DNA of 64,000 nucleotides from Flectonema sp. DT1601 (Eukaryota): positions 1 to 64,000 of the forward strand of contig OZ025790.1 of NCBI GenBank assembly GCA_964019425.1, read 5' to 3'. Under the pieces are notes generated by a model that was not told the DNA's origin, ran no database searches, and was given only the letters and a program-made list of their open reading frames with translations. Every line of letters begins with the position of its first letter. Position 1 is the first letter of the stretch. This document shows positions 51,259 through 64,000 of this stretch, piece after piece. The position numbers and the translations under genes were made by a program.

Positions 51259-53436
51259 TGCTCTGTTAGTACTTGTGGCTTAACCTGTCTACAGGAAAAT
51301 TAGTTTAACCAATGGTACAATTCACTTTGTACAATGTTCTTACTTTTTTCATTTCTATCCCTTGTTTTGCTTTATTTCATTTCACCCCAGTACAACTAAC
51401 AACGTAAATGCCACACAGTTCCCTTTCCTTGGGAACCTTGCAAATGGCAGTTTTAAATTACGTAATATCATCCTTTGTCTTTTCTGCTCTAGTGTACAAT
51501 GAAGTTTGAGTTCTCATCTTCGATTTTTCCTCAATTTAGACGAGTCCGATCATGGGCAAAAAGTGTTGCACCGACCTGGCTGTAGACACTGTCTCTAGAT
51601 AAGGCATTTTACATTTAACAATTGTTTCAGATGTGCAAATTCCGTGTGTTATATAAAACAAGCTTGCATTATTAGAAGTTATCCTTGGGAACATGTCCCT
51701 CAATATATAAAGTTCTTCATCGTTTTACTTTTCCATTTTGTCATTCTTTACGCTTTATCACAGGGTTTTTTCATACTTGTACATTTAAGTTTGAAATCCC
51801 ACCCACCCACCCCCTGTGACGGCGCGCCTGGGCGAGCCTCACCACGAGGACACGGCCAGACAGCGCCACGCTAGTAAAAGAGAAATCAAAACAGATAATC
51901 GCCTTTTGTACGAAATCGGAATTAGTAGCTACAAATAAAAACACAACACAACACAACTTCACCACAAACCACAACACGAAGAACAAGTTCAGTAAAATCA
52001 AGGAAGGCAAAAGAAATAGTTTCACAGAAACATCTGACACAGACACACGAGCACTCTAACCACACATATATGAACACACAACACACACACAAAGGGTAAT
52101 GAGAACTCGTCAGAGTTTCAAAAAACAACGCACAACACATACATGCATACACACACACCAGGAGGTTTACTGAAGCTTCCTCTCACCTCATCATAAGTTC
52201 AGCTCCTGTTTACGAAAAATGACAAATATACAAAATACAAAAGTTACAAAATTGCAAACACCCTCTCATGTCACCATCACCGCAAAGCCCTCTCAACGAT
52301 CCCTCCTTCCATCACACGGCAAGTGGTACCATTTTCCACTTAACTTACACCCCACTTCCTCCACCACATCACTTGTGACATGTCCTTCCTGATAACAAAA
52401 AGAAGAAAGAATGATTGCAAACAAACTAACAGAACAAACAACAAATTAATAACCTAAAGTCAGCGGCAAAACCTTTCCCCCGTTGTGAATGCTTGGAAAT
52501 CTTGCTCTGTTAGTACTTGTGGCTTAACCCTTTCTTTCGCTCTGTCTACAGGAAAATTAGTTTAACCAATGGTACAATTCACTTTGTACAATGTTCTTGC
52601 TTTTTTCATTTCTATCCCTTGTTTTTGCTTTATTTCATTTCACCCCAGTACAATTAACAACGTAAATGCCGCACGGTTCCCCGCAAACCCGCAAACCTGC
52701 AAACAGCCCCAGCAACAGGAGCAGAACAAGTTTCAGCAACAAGAGCAGCGGAGGTTGGAAGAGTTTGAATGCAACAACAGATGTAACAACAGCAAACACT
52801 TCAGCACAGGGACTTCTGCTTCAACAAACCCGCAAACCCGACCCGTCGAGGCTCGCTTCGCTTGTGCAAAGTTACTTTCGTTTTTTTGAATAGATTTGTT
52901 TTTCTTTTTGTAAAAATATGATAAAATGAAAACAATGGCTAGGTTATAGTGTGGCTTGCGTTATCTGTTGTATGTTTGAAATCATTTTATAAATCATTCA
53001 CAGTCAAACTTATGTCTGCAATGTGAGTGACAATTTTACCTGGGATGGGAATAAGTATTAATAAGGTTATCGTTCATTTTTTGGTTTGTTCATTATCACT
53101 TTCTTCCATTCAGCAGAGTGGAAATGTGGCTTGCCCCTTGCCTCGCCTGCAATGTTTCAGGCCTTTGCCTTCAAAAAGTACGTTTCTATTTTTTCTTTTT
53201 CTTTTTTTTTATGTGGCAGTAGTAAATGAACTCTGAGTTCAGAAGGTGGAAGTTGTTTTAAATAATGTGGCAAATAAAACAAAAAGTTGTAAGGTAGAAA
53301 TGTGGAATGCTGTTGGGGAGGGAATCTTATTCGAGAAGGTGGAAGAGTTTTTTTTTTTTTTTTCCTTTTTTTCAGCAACGAAAGGAAGAGAGGGCTCATG
53401 CACTTTTTTTCTTTACCTGTTGTTGTTGTCATCACA

Positions 53437-53654
53437 GGTGAGGAGGGTGCATCGAAAACGTGAGTGTGAGAGAAAAAGAGTGATCGAGCTGTATAAATAA
53501 TTTCTTTTGAAAGCGAAGAAAGCTAAAGAATATATAAAAAATGTCTCTTTTGTTCATTTTTCCAACTTTGGAATCATACACTTTCCTGTCTGATTCCTTT
53601 GATTCTTTCTCTGCAGTGCTAAGCTTGGTGGAAAATTACCTGAATGAATTCTAG
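53437..53654 (-). mobile_element. Diverged solo A repeat of YR family 2
   Basis: Similar to 45397-45612. Confidence 0.8.
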
Positions 53655-53884
53655 GGTTTTTTGGCTTCCAAGGAAAAAACTTTTTTTTTGGAACCTGCTG
53701 ACGGCTGTTTTTTGTTTAGGGACCCAAAAGAGGAAAGGCCAAGTTGCGTGAGCGAAGCGAGCCTGGACCGGTATCTCTGTGCGGGTTTGCGGGTTTTTTT
53801 TACCAGTTGTTGTTTTCATTTAAGGCAAGGGAACTGAAAGATTCCTCAATTAAAACAAATGGGATAAGGGGGAATGCCATTTAC

Positions 53885-55480
53885 CTACAAAAACCTACAC
53901 AATCTACGAGGCATGAAAGCCCGATGCCTGAGCAATGTGCTCGTTGGGAGGTTGGAAAATGGAGCAAATGGACCGAAATAACTTTTGAAGTTTCCACTAT
54001 GCACCGCACCAAATGTTGCCTTGGGGTTGCATTCTCTCAGAATTCCTTTCCAATCCTGTGGAAGAGTCTTGTTTGTGAAGATCAGGTGGACATCACGTGG
54101 AGAAACTGATGCAGATGTGTTCTTTCTAAGCTCGTCTCCGGAGAGGGTTTTCACATCTCCAGCGTGTTCCTGCAGCTTGCATGACACGCTGAGCGTTTGA
54201 TCCTCGCTAAGCCTGTAGAAAACGTCAGCTGACGGAGCACCCTTCCCGTTGATAACACACATCCGTAGTCAATTCCTTCGAACCGCTGCTTGTGTTGATG
54301 CTCCAGTTCCCTTTCTTAGCCCCAATGGCTGCAGCCTTCTTCTTGCTTGCTGAGGTAATTCGACGGGAACTCTCAATAACTGTTAAAGGTCTGTTGGTGC
54401 ACTTCATGTCTCCGTAACCGGCCCAGTCAACCCCGTAGTGCATATCATAGAGGCAGGTTGCCCCCTTCGGCAGTACATGTGAACGGATCGCGAGATGCTG
54501 TGCCACGAACTTTGGTAGCCCTGATTCTCCACTGAAGCTGACCAGTCCCAGTCTTCGAGGGTGGGGGATCCAAGGTTTCTTTGAAGCACGAGCCACAGGG
54601 GTGCAATCTCCAAACGCCAGTTGTTAAGAGTCATCAATCCAGAGGCAATTACTGGGTCAAGTTTGCGCGCTTCCGCAACTGACAATTCCTTGAAGCACAT
54701 GTTGAGCAGGTGTGGGACTTCGACATCTGGAGTAGTCATGCGGTACCTAACAGAAAGGTTGGGGGCAGCATACTCGCACAATTCCTTCAAGGAACAATGG
54801 GGCTTCTTAACGTCAGCAACCGCCTCGACAGCGCGCGGATGACCAAGTGTTAGAGACATCACAGCCTCAGCATCCTGGGTGATCCCTTTAGGCATTCTAG
54901 ACAGCTTGGGGGGTGCATTAGAGCCCCACTGACCGTAGCTGAGTACGCCATTGCTTCGCGAAGCGGTACTGAGACTGTTGCACTTACCACAGGGAACAGG
55001 TTGTACACGTCTGACAACATCGACCTTGATAGTGCGTGGAGAATCCACACCATGGGCTCTTCCGATATGTACCACGTTCCAAACCCATGTTGTGGACACC
55101 GTCAACAAGCAACAATATGAGTGGGTTGTTGCCTGCAGTTTTGTGGATTTCCCTTGTGACCTCCTCGATCGATGTGCCACGCCAGGTGCTCATGAATTCG
55201 GGGAAAGTTCCTTCTTGACCCTTCAGCTGCCACCGCTACAGCATCCTCCGAATCTGTATCTGTAGATAGCACCGATGTGCCATTTTCGAACGAAACGCTG
55301 ACTACAATAAGCTGGTGCTCTTTGAAGTACCCCGGAAAGAACTTCTTGAGCAACCGGGGCACCTCCGTCAGAGTGCGGCCCTTTCCAGTGCCCATCCCAC
55401 CTGCGATGGTTGCAAGAGAGATCAGCTGTTTCCCACCCTTTCTGGATGGCAGCGCTATGAATCTTTCGAAGCAATCCTTA
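53885..55480 (-). pseudogene. Frameshifted Crinkler-like P-loop NTPase multicopy-family gene
   Basis: Walker A-like GGMGTGKGR, VSVSFENGT, Walker B-like ILLLVDGVH and GHPRAVE, spread over several frames. Confidence 0.6.
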
Positions 55481-56039
55481 AGTAGTCTTCATGTCCTCTT
55501 CTGCGTATTGAAAACCCCAGTTCCTACCAGTGTCACCAGATGCGAGCAGAGGGTACAATTCTCCCCGCAGATCCTCTGACGTAAGCGTAACTTCCGGTTT
55601 GGTTTTCTTGTATTAGTGTTTTTTGGAATTATCTGTATGGAATTATCCGTAACCTTTTTATTCCCATTCTTGAAAAATGTATCCTTCCATGAAATACTCG
55701 GGTTAACTTGAGCTTTCTTAAAGGGGTCCTTGTTCTTTTTTGGATCAATCTGATAATGTTTGATCTTTTGAGAGGCGTTAAAGCATGCCTTGTTTCCATT
55801 GGTATTGTGCTCAAAGTCTATGGTTTTTTCCATGATTTTGGAGCCATCTTTAATAAAAATGCCTTTTCGGTATCTTATTAATGTTGTTAGAGTCACAAAC
55901 CTGACATATAAACCCTGATAGATCACAGGACCAGTGCCAGCCTGGCTTAGGTTTTTTCGACCACGGAAAATTACCGAAGTTATGAAGTTTTTCTTTTTGT
56001 TTATTTTGTTATTAAAATTATTGTTACCATTATTGTACA

Positions 56040-56451
56040 TTGGGATAGGGGAGATTTTATTGATCCAGTCTTCAATATCTTGGATTTTCTGTGTATTTGG
56101 GATATCAAGCGACCGTAAGCGGCGGCATCGTGCCAGGTGAGAGTGTAAAGCACATCTGTGAGGACGTGACGTAAGTTCAACAAGATTTCCATGACGGGTG
56201 GGTCCACCGCCAATTACTTTCCATTCAGCATCTCTACGATGCAAAAAGCCCATCTCCTTTCGATCAAATCGTTTATGACAAGTGTCTTCAGCTGAGTCAC
56301 GTGTCCCACACAGTATCAGAAAGTTGGAAAAGGTGCCATCAACCCACCGCACATTAGCTTCGTCACAAAAGTCTGGATTTCTGAAGATATGTGCAACCGT
56401 GCCGCCATTTCTGCCACACACCATACATTTTTTACCAAGGGTTAAACTCAC
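56040..56451 (-). pseudogene. HNH-type endonuclease domain (Crinkler-associated type); boundaries uncertain
   Basis: CMVCG...VAHI...NFLILC...CHKRFD in ORF 55489..56451. The AT-rich remainder of that ORF looks unrelated. Confidence 0.6.
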
Positions 56452-56698
56452 AGCTAACTTCAGGTCTGATGGTTTTCCCCCTGATGAACTGAGGTTTTTT
56501 GTTGATCCGTATTGTGTAAACTCTGGATCGAAGAAGTTCTCAAATGGTGCGGCTGCCGCCTGTTAGTGTTTAAATGAGTTGCTTTTCAGGTTGTTGTGGG
56601 TTACAGGGCCCCCCGTGAAACTTTGACAATGTAAAAACAGTAACAACTTTAGGGTATTAAAAACAAATTAGTATCAAGTACTTGACTGGAAAATATTT

Positions 56699-57451
56699 TT
56701 AGCTGTTAATCACTCTCTCCAGAGCTTCAGACACTAAAGTTTCAGCCGTCGCAAATGGTTTCACCAGAAATCGGAGTACTCCGCCGAACTGCTCGAACTT
56801 GTAATCTAACTCTTTCTGTTGCTCAGCATCATTGGTTGCCTTCAGTTCAAAGATATCAACAGGGAGATTTGCTATTTCGGTTCGTGTCCAAAGAGGTAAG
56901 CACACAGAATAACCACTATCCTTCAAGATTTCACACCCCCGCTGGAATCGTGAGGGTGAACCAGTAAGAATGAGTAGTTCCATTCCATCGAGTTCCTTGT
57001 CAATCACGGGTAATTTCTCCGGCATTTCGAACACACCGATCGTTCCCTTTTTATTTCTATTAAATACAGACCCATCATAAACTGCAACACTGATATCAAA
57101 ATTATCACCTTTCCTTGTAATCTCGTAAACGTGGGCATCGCCATCAGAGAAGAGGATGGTTTCAAAATATTTCAGGAATTCATTGTTCCCCTTCACCCAC
57201 TGCAACAGTATCCAAAAGCGGAAAGTCGTTTTGCCGATGCCTGGGGTGCCTGTGATTTTGAAAACTGGCTCCACCGCACGACTCCGCGCTTTCAAATCGC
57301 TTGCAATCTTTTTTAAAGCATTGACATAACAATCGCGTTCTAGTATGAGTCGAGCCTCCTTCCAAGTTTCAACAGAATTATCTTCGACCGCCAAGTTAGT
57401 GAGTTTACCTGTTCCCTCATGCTTGCCCATGGCTTTCAAGAGGGCTTGCAT
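56699..57451 (-). pseudogene. Crinkler/RHS (retrotransposon hot spot)-type P-loop domain, 3'-truncated
   Basis: ITGTPGIGKT, ILTGSP, LPLWT..E, FGGVLR. Confidence 0.7.
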
Positions 57452-58812
57452 CTTAGCGATTCTACGTTCAGGCTTCTGTCGTTTAAGACCGTCCTCGCGT
57501 TCGCTTTCGTTGTATGTTTTCTGTATTAATTTTGAGCCGGAATAAGCAATCAGTTTGGACTTCCTATCAGAAGTCCCTACCCGATTTACAAAGAGACGTC
57601 CCTGAAGTCACAAAGAAAAAAGTAAAAGGTATACCTCAGAAGACTTCTCCAACAACCCGATGTATCCAATCTTCTCTGCCTCCAGTTTCTGTAACCGAGC
57701 GAACTTCTTCTTCGCAAGCTCTTGTCTTTTTGTTAAAGAGGTTGCTGTTTCCAATAGTTGTTCGAATTCGTCAACATCGGGTACTTCTTCTTTTTCAGCA
57801 ATCTTCTTTATTTCACTCTTTTTTACATCAATCTCCGCTACGGTCGCCTTCCAATGTTTTCTATAATCCTGGTCACCCTGCAGGTCACTTGGTGGAGATG
57901 TCATGGTTTTTGTTTTGCTTTTGGGTGTTGTTGTTGTTTTTTGAGGAGGGTGGGAAATAGATCGTTAAACCTGGGTTACCTGTATTAAATCTCCTGCATG
58001 AGACTGCTTACTTGCATCAGCATAATTAACTGATTTCTTTTTCGAGCTTTGCCAACAATCTCTTTGTCCTCTCCATGTTTCCCTCTGACCAGTCTAAATG
58101 TATGTAGATCTAAAGGTGAAACTGTGGATGAAATGATTTTCTATCTGTTCAGCACTACCCAAAAGTATAGAAGGAGATGTGCCTGTCACAGCACTACTCA
58201 AAGTAGAAATAATCGCAATGCCTGTCATAGCACTATTCGAAGTAGAAAGAGATATATGCCTGTTACAGCACTGCTCTGTTGTTAGATACTAAAGAAAAAA
58301 AACAGAACGAGTATCCAAGCCTTGGACGAAGTACACACCTACCACCCAAGAAGCCGATGGCAGACCTTCTTTAGGGGTAGGGCATACCAATAAGTCCAAC
58401 AGAATGGCCACAAAAGGAAGTCGAGAAAAACGGAATTGGTTTCTTTTTTGTTTTGCATCCGCTTTTTTCTTGTTTGGAATGTTAATCTTTTTTCGACTTG
58501 TAAAAATATGGGAGGTAATAAATAATTAGCGGATCGATATCGGTATTGATAAAATGGATGAATCATAACTACTAGTCAGATTCTTCGGATTCCTCGAATT
58601 CTTCTGAGTAGCTGTCGTCTTCAGTAGGGACTGATCTAGTAGAGTCCTGACTGTCCAGACTACAATCCGAATCATCGTCACTCTCGGATTCGAGCAAGTC
58701 CTTACTCTTCGCACCTTTTTGTTTTTAGTTGCGATATGTTGCGATATCAGATAGCATCTCCTGTTTTCGAAATGAATGAATAAATACAGCACAACTTGGT
58801 TTGTGAATCCTG

Positions 58813-59450
58813 TTAAAGAGTTAAAAATGCTAACTCGAATTTTACAAGTTGGAACCTATCACTCAACCCAAAATACAGGGAATCATCGGTGTACCATAGT
58901 TTGTGTGTATGCACTGCTGGATCAAATGTGTAACCGCTTCCCACATGCGATAAACCTGTTAATGTACCACGAAAGTCATCTTTCTCAACTGGAATACCCA
59001 CGACATCACCTGAAACAAAGAAACGTAGATCGGACGAATATGTGTGTGTGATTGAAGTAATCCAACCTACTTTGCCTGTACTGTAAATGTATGTGATCTC
59101 AATTGATTCGCCCTTGATACCAAGAGGCATTACCACCCATGGGTATCCCTTTTCTTTGACGGTAGCATTGATGACTACCAATCGGTTGGATTAAAGAATA
59201 GTCGATACACATGTCAATTAGTTTACCAATCATTTCAGAAGCGTATTCCTTTGTGTTTGCATCAACTCCGTCTGTGAAAAAGAAAGTCTTGGACTCTCCA
59301 CGCGCTCTGCTATTTCGTGCAATATGTTTCTTAACGGAAAATCTAAAAGCTTCATCTACTGTTTCTTTGCAATTTCGTTTAAGTACCTCATGCTTCAGGT
59401 TGCTGTACATGGTGGTGAAGTCATAAGTTTTGGGTTCGGCGTAGTTCTCC
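58813..59450 (-). pseudogene. Possible vWA-like gene fragment
   Basis: TFFFTDG motif; two overlapping short ORFs. The upstream end is a duplicated segment (59450-59570 = 52361-52480). Confidence 0.3.
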
Positions 59451-60834
59451 ACCACATCACTTGTGACATGTCCTTCCTGATAACAAAAAGAAGAAAGAAT
59501 GATTGCAAACAAACTAACAGAACAAACAACAAATTAATAACCTAAAGTCAGCGGCAAAACCTTTCCCCCCCCCGACCCCGACACGCAAGGCGTATTTGTT
59601 TGTGCGTTCAGGGGAATCACCACACGGAAGGAATGCCATTCGCTAGACTTTAAAAGAAAGGTACGAAATCAACGAAAAGAAAGTGTTTATAAAAATTATT
59701 TAAAAAAAAGAAAATAAAGAAATGTTGCGCCGGGAAGGTCATTTGGGGAATTCAATTGAAATGTGAAAGTGAACTGATTACATTGCAAAACAATCGCGTT
59801 ATTACAATACAGTACCTATACAAAAGTACAATATTATCATTATCATTGTTAGCTTTATAATTATTATTTCTCACCAGGGGGGCGTGACTCCTGCGTGAAG
59901 AAGGAATCACACAACCCCCCACTCCTGAAGACTTGTAACTGCCGTGAGGCCGTCATCACAACGACAACCACAACGACAACGACGGCAGGCACGAAAAAAA
60001 AGAAGAAAAATGACAAGACAACAACAACCCACATGAATGACGAATGAAAGCAGTACTGATCACAGGATTTTACTTTTTCTAAATCGAAAATGTCAGAGAG
60101 AGAGAGAGAGAGACGATAAGTATATTGCTGCAAAAGATTGAATTTCATTTACCAAAATTAGAGATTTAACCGCACACCACCACCACCACCACCACCATCA
60201 TCATCATGATCATGATCTCAGATGGTGGCTCCTTCCTCAGTAATATGAACACGTCCTGAACATCAAAAACAGTTCACAGAGCAAGAAAACACTGCTTAGC
60301 AAAAATACCAATCAAATCAAAGCAGCAGCAGCTGGCTCACTCGCATACATATTGCCATTCTCTCTCGTGCGTCTCCTCCTCTCTTCATTCACTTCCCCCA
60401 TTTACCTGCCAACCTCCAATCCCGAGTAGCCTCCCACGACAAGTTTTGCCACAAGCGTTGCTATGTTGGGAAACCTGGCTCTCTGTGCGAGAAACCAGGA
60501 AATCCGCTGATAACTACACTCCGATGACCAACTGAGTGGGCGCTCAACTCGGATCATTGAGGCTGGTTCCGTCTCGGCGAGGAACTGCAGCTGCTGCGTG
60601 AGTCGAGTTGGTCAGCTTTTGCTAAAACTCACCAAGGAACAGGAAGTGAGAATCGAGTTGGTAAATGTTGTTGTTGTTTTTGTTGTGGTAGTTTTTACGG
60701 GATACTCGGCAACTGCCGCAAGAGTATCCCTATGATCGAGGAGCAGCACAAACAAAACCAGGGTGAAATTGTTTTTTTTTTTTTCCTCTCTCTCTCTCTC
60801 AATACGTAAAAGGTCAGTTTTGTTTTCTTTGCAT

Positions 60835-60877
<43 letters not shown>

Positions 60878-61119
60878 CTCTCGTTCCGTCTCTCTCGCAG
60901 TAAAAACAAAAAAAAAGGGTGAAAATCAGCAAAACTGGTTTTCCTTTTTCCCAGCCTCTCAAAAGACCAGAGCACTTGCCACCGCGAGAGAGTGAGAGAA
61001 AAGAGAAGGGGAAAAAAAAAAAGGAAGACAGCAGACTGGACCATCACATCCACAACATCAACGAGAACAACATTGGAGCGGGGGGGATCGGTCGGCAGCG
61101 TGCGCCTTCCCTCCCGCGG

Positions 61120-61402
61120 AAACAAATAAAGAAAGGTATCCAAAACAAAGTAAAGAAAGGTATACAAAACAAAGTAAAGAATGGTACACAAAACAAATAA
61201 AGAAAGGTATATAAAACAAAGTTAAGAAAGGTATACAAAACAAATAAAGAAAGGTATATAAAACAAAGTTAAGAAAGGTATAAAAAACAAAGTAAAGAAT
61301 GGTACACAAAACAAATAAAGAAAGGTATATAAAACAAAGTTAAGAAAGGTATACAAAACAAATAAAGAAAGGTATATAAAATAAAGTTAAGAAAGGTATA
61401 CA
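61120..61402. repeat. About 26-28-bp A-rich minisatellite (AAGAAAGGTATACAAAACAAAT/GT), about 10 copies
   Basis: Read directly. Confidence 0.92.
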
Positions 61403-62196
61403 ATCTCCTCATGGGTGAATGCCAGAGAGAGAGAGCCTTTGCAGGTCGTCTCTCCAGACTTGCACTGCCAAGAGAAAATAAACGTTTTTTCCGCGACTGG
61501 TACCGAGGGATAGGATCTTTTTTGTTTTTTAAATTTTTTAAGGTTTTTTTATTTTTATTTTTTGTTAAATTGAAAAGAAGAAATGAAAAATTGGACACAA
61601 AAACTCCACAATCTCAAAGCAAATCAAGAAAATAATAATATTCTCTCTTTTCAGCCTTTTGTTGTTCGTCGAAGTGAAGAGCCAGAGCATCGGAGTTGCA
61701 ACTTCCGGGTTCCGGTTTTCCTTCTTTCAGTGCGTTTATTAGTTTTCGTGTGCCAGCAAAAAAAATGAAATAAAATAAAATAAAATCCGACACAATTCTC
61801 CAAAAGACCATTCACATCTCGTCCCCGTGTTGTTAAAGAAAATTTCTTGTTGTTGGTTATGAGAAAAATGAAAATGAAAATGTCTATCGGCCGAGAGAGT
61901 AGTTGTACTCTCTCGCTCGACGACAAGACAACAACAACGACAACGACAACGACAACAACTTACTAACCCAGATGTGAATGGCCCGTACTTTCTACTACTA
62001 CTTGTCGGGGGAAAAAAAAAAAAGAAAAGGGAAGTTCGTGTAAAGGAAATCCATCTCACCTACCTTAATTCACAAAAGCAGCAATGCAATTGCAGCTGTC
62101 AGAAATGAAGAAGCGGCATCTAAAAACTAGAAAACAACTAAAAAAAAAAAAAAGACAGAACCATTTTTCTTTGAACTTCAAACGAAAAAAAAACAT

Positions 62197-62233
<37 letters not shown>

Positions 62234-62611
62234 TCTCATGGCAGAGTTAGTTAATTTTCTTCAAAGTTTAATACGGTATTTTTCTTCATAACAGGAAGGA
62301 AAACAAGGAGGAGGATGCATGAAAAAAATGAAAGGAGGAAAAAAAAAAAAAAAAAAGAAAAGTGTGCAGTACATTCTTTTTGTTTTGAATTTCTTTTTTT
62401 TTTTTTTTTTTTTTGTTGGAGTCGATCGTTTTTGTTTCTTTTTTTTTTTTGAATAATTATACGCACATATTAATTGGGTTAAAGGGAAGTTGGTACAAAG
62501 GTCGCTTATTATTATTATTATTTTTTTTTTTTTTTGGTTTTGGTTTTGGTTTTGGTTTTGCTTTTTTTTTTGTTGGGCTGCTGTTTTTTTTCAAACAACA
62601 ACAGAATTTAT

Positions 62612-63940
62612 TTAACGACAACAAACATGAAAAACACAAGCCGCAAACAGCTGCTGCGCAAGCCGAAACTTCCTTTTTCCTCCGCTACTCATGCCGGCAA
62701 ACAAACCCAAGAAATTGACAATTTCAAAGGAGAGCAATACCAACAACAAAACAATCCAAAGAAGAAAAGAACAGGCATCGGAAAGCGCGGCGACAGCTTC
62801 AAACAAATACTTAATGTCAATTTTATTGACTACGGCTGCCGCCTCGACTTTCCATCCCCTGAAGATGCGTTCCAAGTGTTTCTTGCTCTGATCAATCCGG
62901 TGATTGATGCAAAACAGCTTAACACTCTGGTCAGCAATCTCCGTACATGCAACCACTTTCCCGAACCCCCCGCGAATCACCTCGGACGCAGACTTCAGAT
63001 CTGCCTCGACCGAGCGATAAGCACCAATGGGTCCAGCAAAAAAAGAAAGGAAACATGCCTCCAGTTCGGAGCGAACGCTTCTCGAAAACAAGAGAAACCG
63101 ATCAAACAGAGAAAGTACAGAGAACATGAAGTCAGCCGCTGAACTGGCTGCTTCATTCACCCAAGCCATTACGAGGTCAGCAAACCTGACACACTCGAGC
63201 TCAAGCGCAGCCGCAAAAACACGAGGGCCCCGCGGAACTTGCATTGCTGTGAATTGCATGAAGTCCGAAGACAGCTTGCTTCCAACTCGACAGCACTGAC
63301 TCAGAAAGTCGAGAAATGATGACGAGATCAATCTGAGGAAGTCAACACCAAAGTTCAAAAGACACAGTGAACGGCGAAGCGCTTCTGCCATGTCGTTATG
63401 AATCCTGATGAACCACTGCACCAGAACTCTGAACATTCTCAGAATCAGGAGACAAGTACTATATTCCATTTGCGACGACGTGGAGTCGACAGTGGTGCGT
63501 GCAGCATAAGGTGCTCCTTTTCCAACCAGCGACGTGTTGACGCTGCCACCGTTGCCACCAATGTGCGTGTAGGTTCCACTGCGTACGGAAGCATGCTGGA
63601 AACTACAATCCGATGTGGGTTCACCGCACAACTTCCATGCGGAATGCCTTTCCATCATCTGTCTTCTCTCCTCCCTCTTCCAAGCAGCAGTCTTCTCCCT
63701 CCGCATCTCCACCCACTCGGTCACCTTCCTCGCCCTCTCGCGGAACATGCGCTCTTGCAGTTCAAGTAACCCCTGAACGTACTTCCTCATCATAACTTGC
63801 GTGCGATATTCCATCAACGCTTCTTGCGGCGTCGGTTCCCGGAAACTCCTGTGCAGAACAGATCGTTTTGCTTCCGCCTCCGATAACCAGATTATCGGGG
63901 TAGCAATAAGCGACAACACGGCCATTGCAACAATCATCAT
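62612..63940 (-). CDS. Hypothetical protein with a hydrophobic N-terminus and a C-terminal TM-like segment
   Basis: 442-codon ORF with higher GC than its flanks and an upstream pyrimidine tract. No family recognised. Confidence 0.5.
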   Translation of the reverse strand: MMIVAMAVLSLIATPIIWLSEAEAKRSVLHRSFREPTPQEALMEYRTQVMMRKYVQGLLELQERMFRERARKVTEWVEMRREKTAAWKREERRQMMERHSAWKLCGEPTSDCSFQHASVRSGTYTHIGGNGGSVNTSLVGKGAPYAARTTVDSTSSQMEYSTCLLILRMFRVLVQWFIRIHNDMAEALRRSLCLLNFGVDFLRLISSSFLDFLSQCCRVGSKLSSDFMQFTAMQVPRGPRVFAAALELECVRFADLVMAWVNEAASSAADFMFSVLSLFDRFLLFSRSVRSELEACFLSFFAGPIGAYRSVEADLKSASEVIRGGFGKVVACTEIADQSVKLFCINHRIDQSKKHLERIFRGWKVEAAAVVNKIDIKYLFEAVAALSDACSFLLWIVLLLVLLSFEIVNFLGLFAGMSSGGKRKFRLAQQLFAACVFHVCCR

Positions 63941-64000
63941 CCTTGAGCGATGTTTTGTTTTACGATGACACTGAAAAAAGGGAACTTAAACTTAAAAAGA

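Noticed and set aside
59600..62600. Numerous short ORFs in the low-complexity region
   Set aside because: They are translations of poly(A/T), (CT)n and minisatellite tracts with no protein motifs.

Overview
This window is eukaryotic, repeat-rich DNA, most likely from a euglenozoan. A spliced-leader remnant resembling the diplonemid/kinetoplastid SL, Ingi-type LINEs and VIPER-type tyrosine-recombinase (YR) retroelements all point that way. Bases 1-14098 are an almost perfect (GCGGGTTT)n array of about 1760 copies. Its G-strand points into the window, and the same octamer occurs as short runs inside a dispersed hairpin+CTAGT module. About 14-54 kb is a nest of mobile DNA: minisatellites, a Mutator-like MITE, tRNA-like Pol III sequences, three copies of a tRNA-derived SINE, two families of two-ORF APE-RT-RNase H LINEs, and two families of gag-YR-RT/RNase H elements, one with split direct repeats. 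About 54-64 kb holds decayed Crinkler/RHS-like P-loop and HNH genes and one hypothetical ORF. The main result is a recurring, inferred translational-recoding design. Both LINE families join ORF1 to ORF2 in frame through one UGA (one in the UGA-CUAG readthrough context), followed by a 2A/StopGo motif. Both YR families have an in-frame G-GGA-AAC -1 slippery site just before the gag UGA. The -1 frame stays open across the whole YR gene into RT, while YR itself lies in frame behind the UGA. Both full-length LINEs start with spliced-leader remnants, and one appears to have inserted into the leader of the other. All calls come from reading motifs by eye; no database searches were run.
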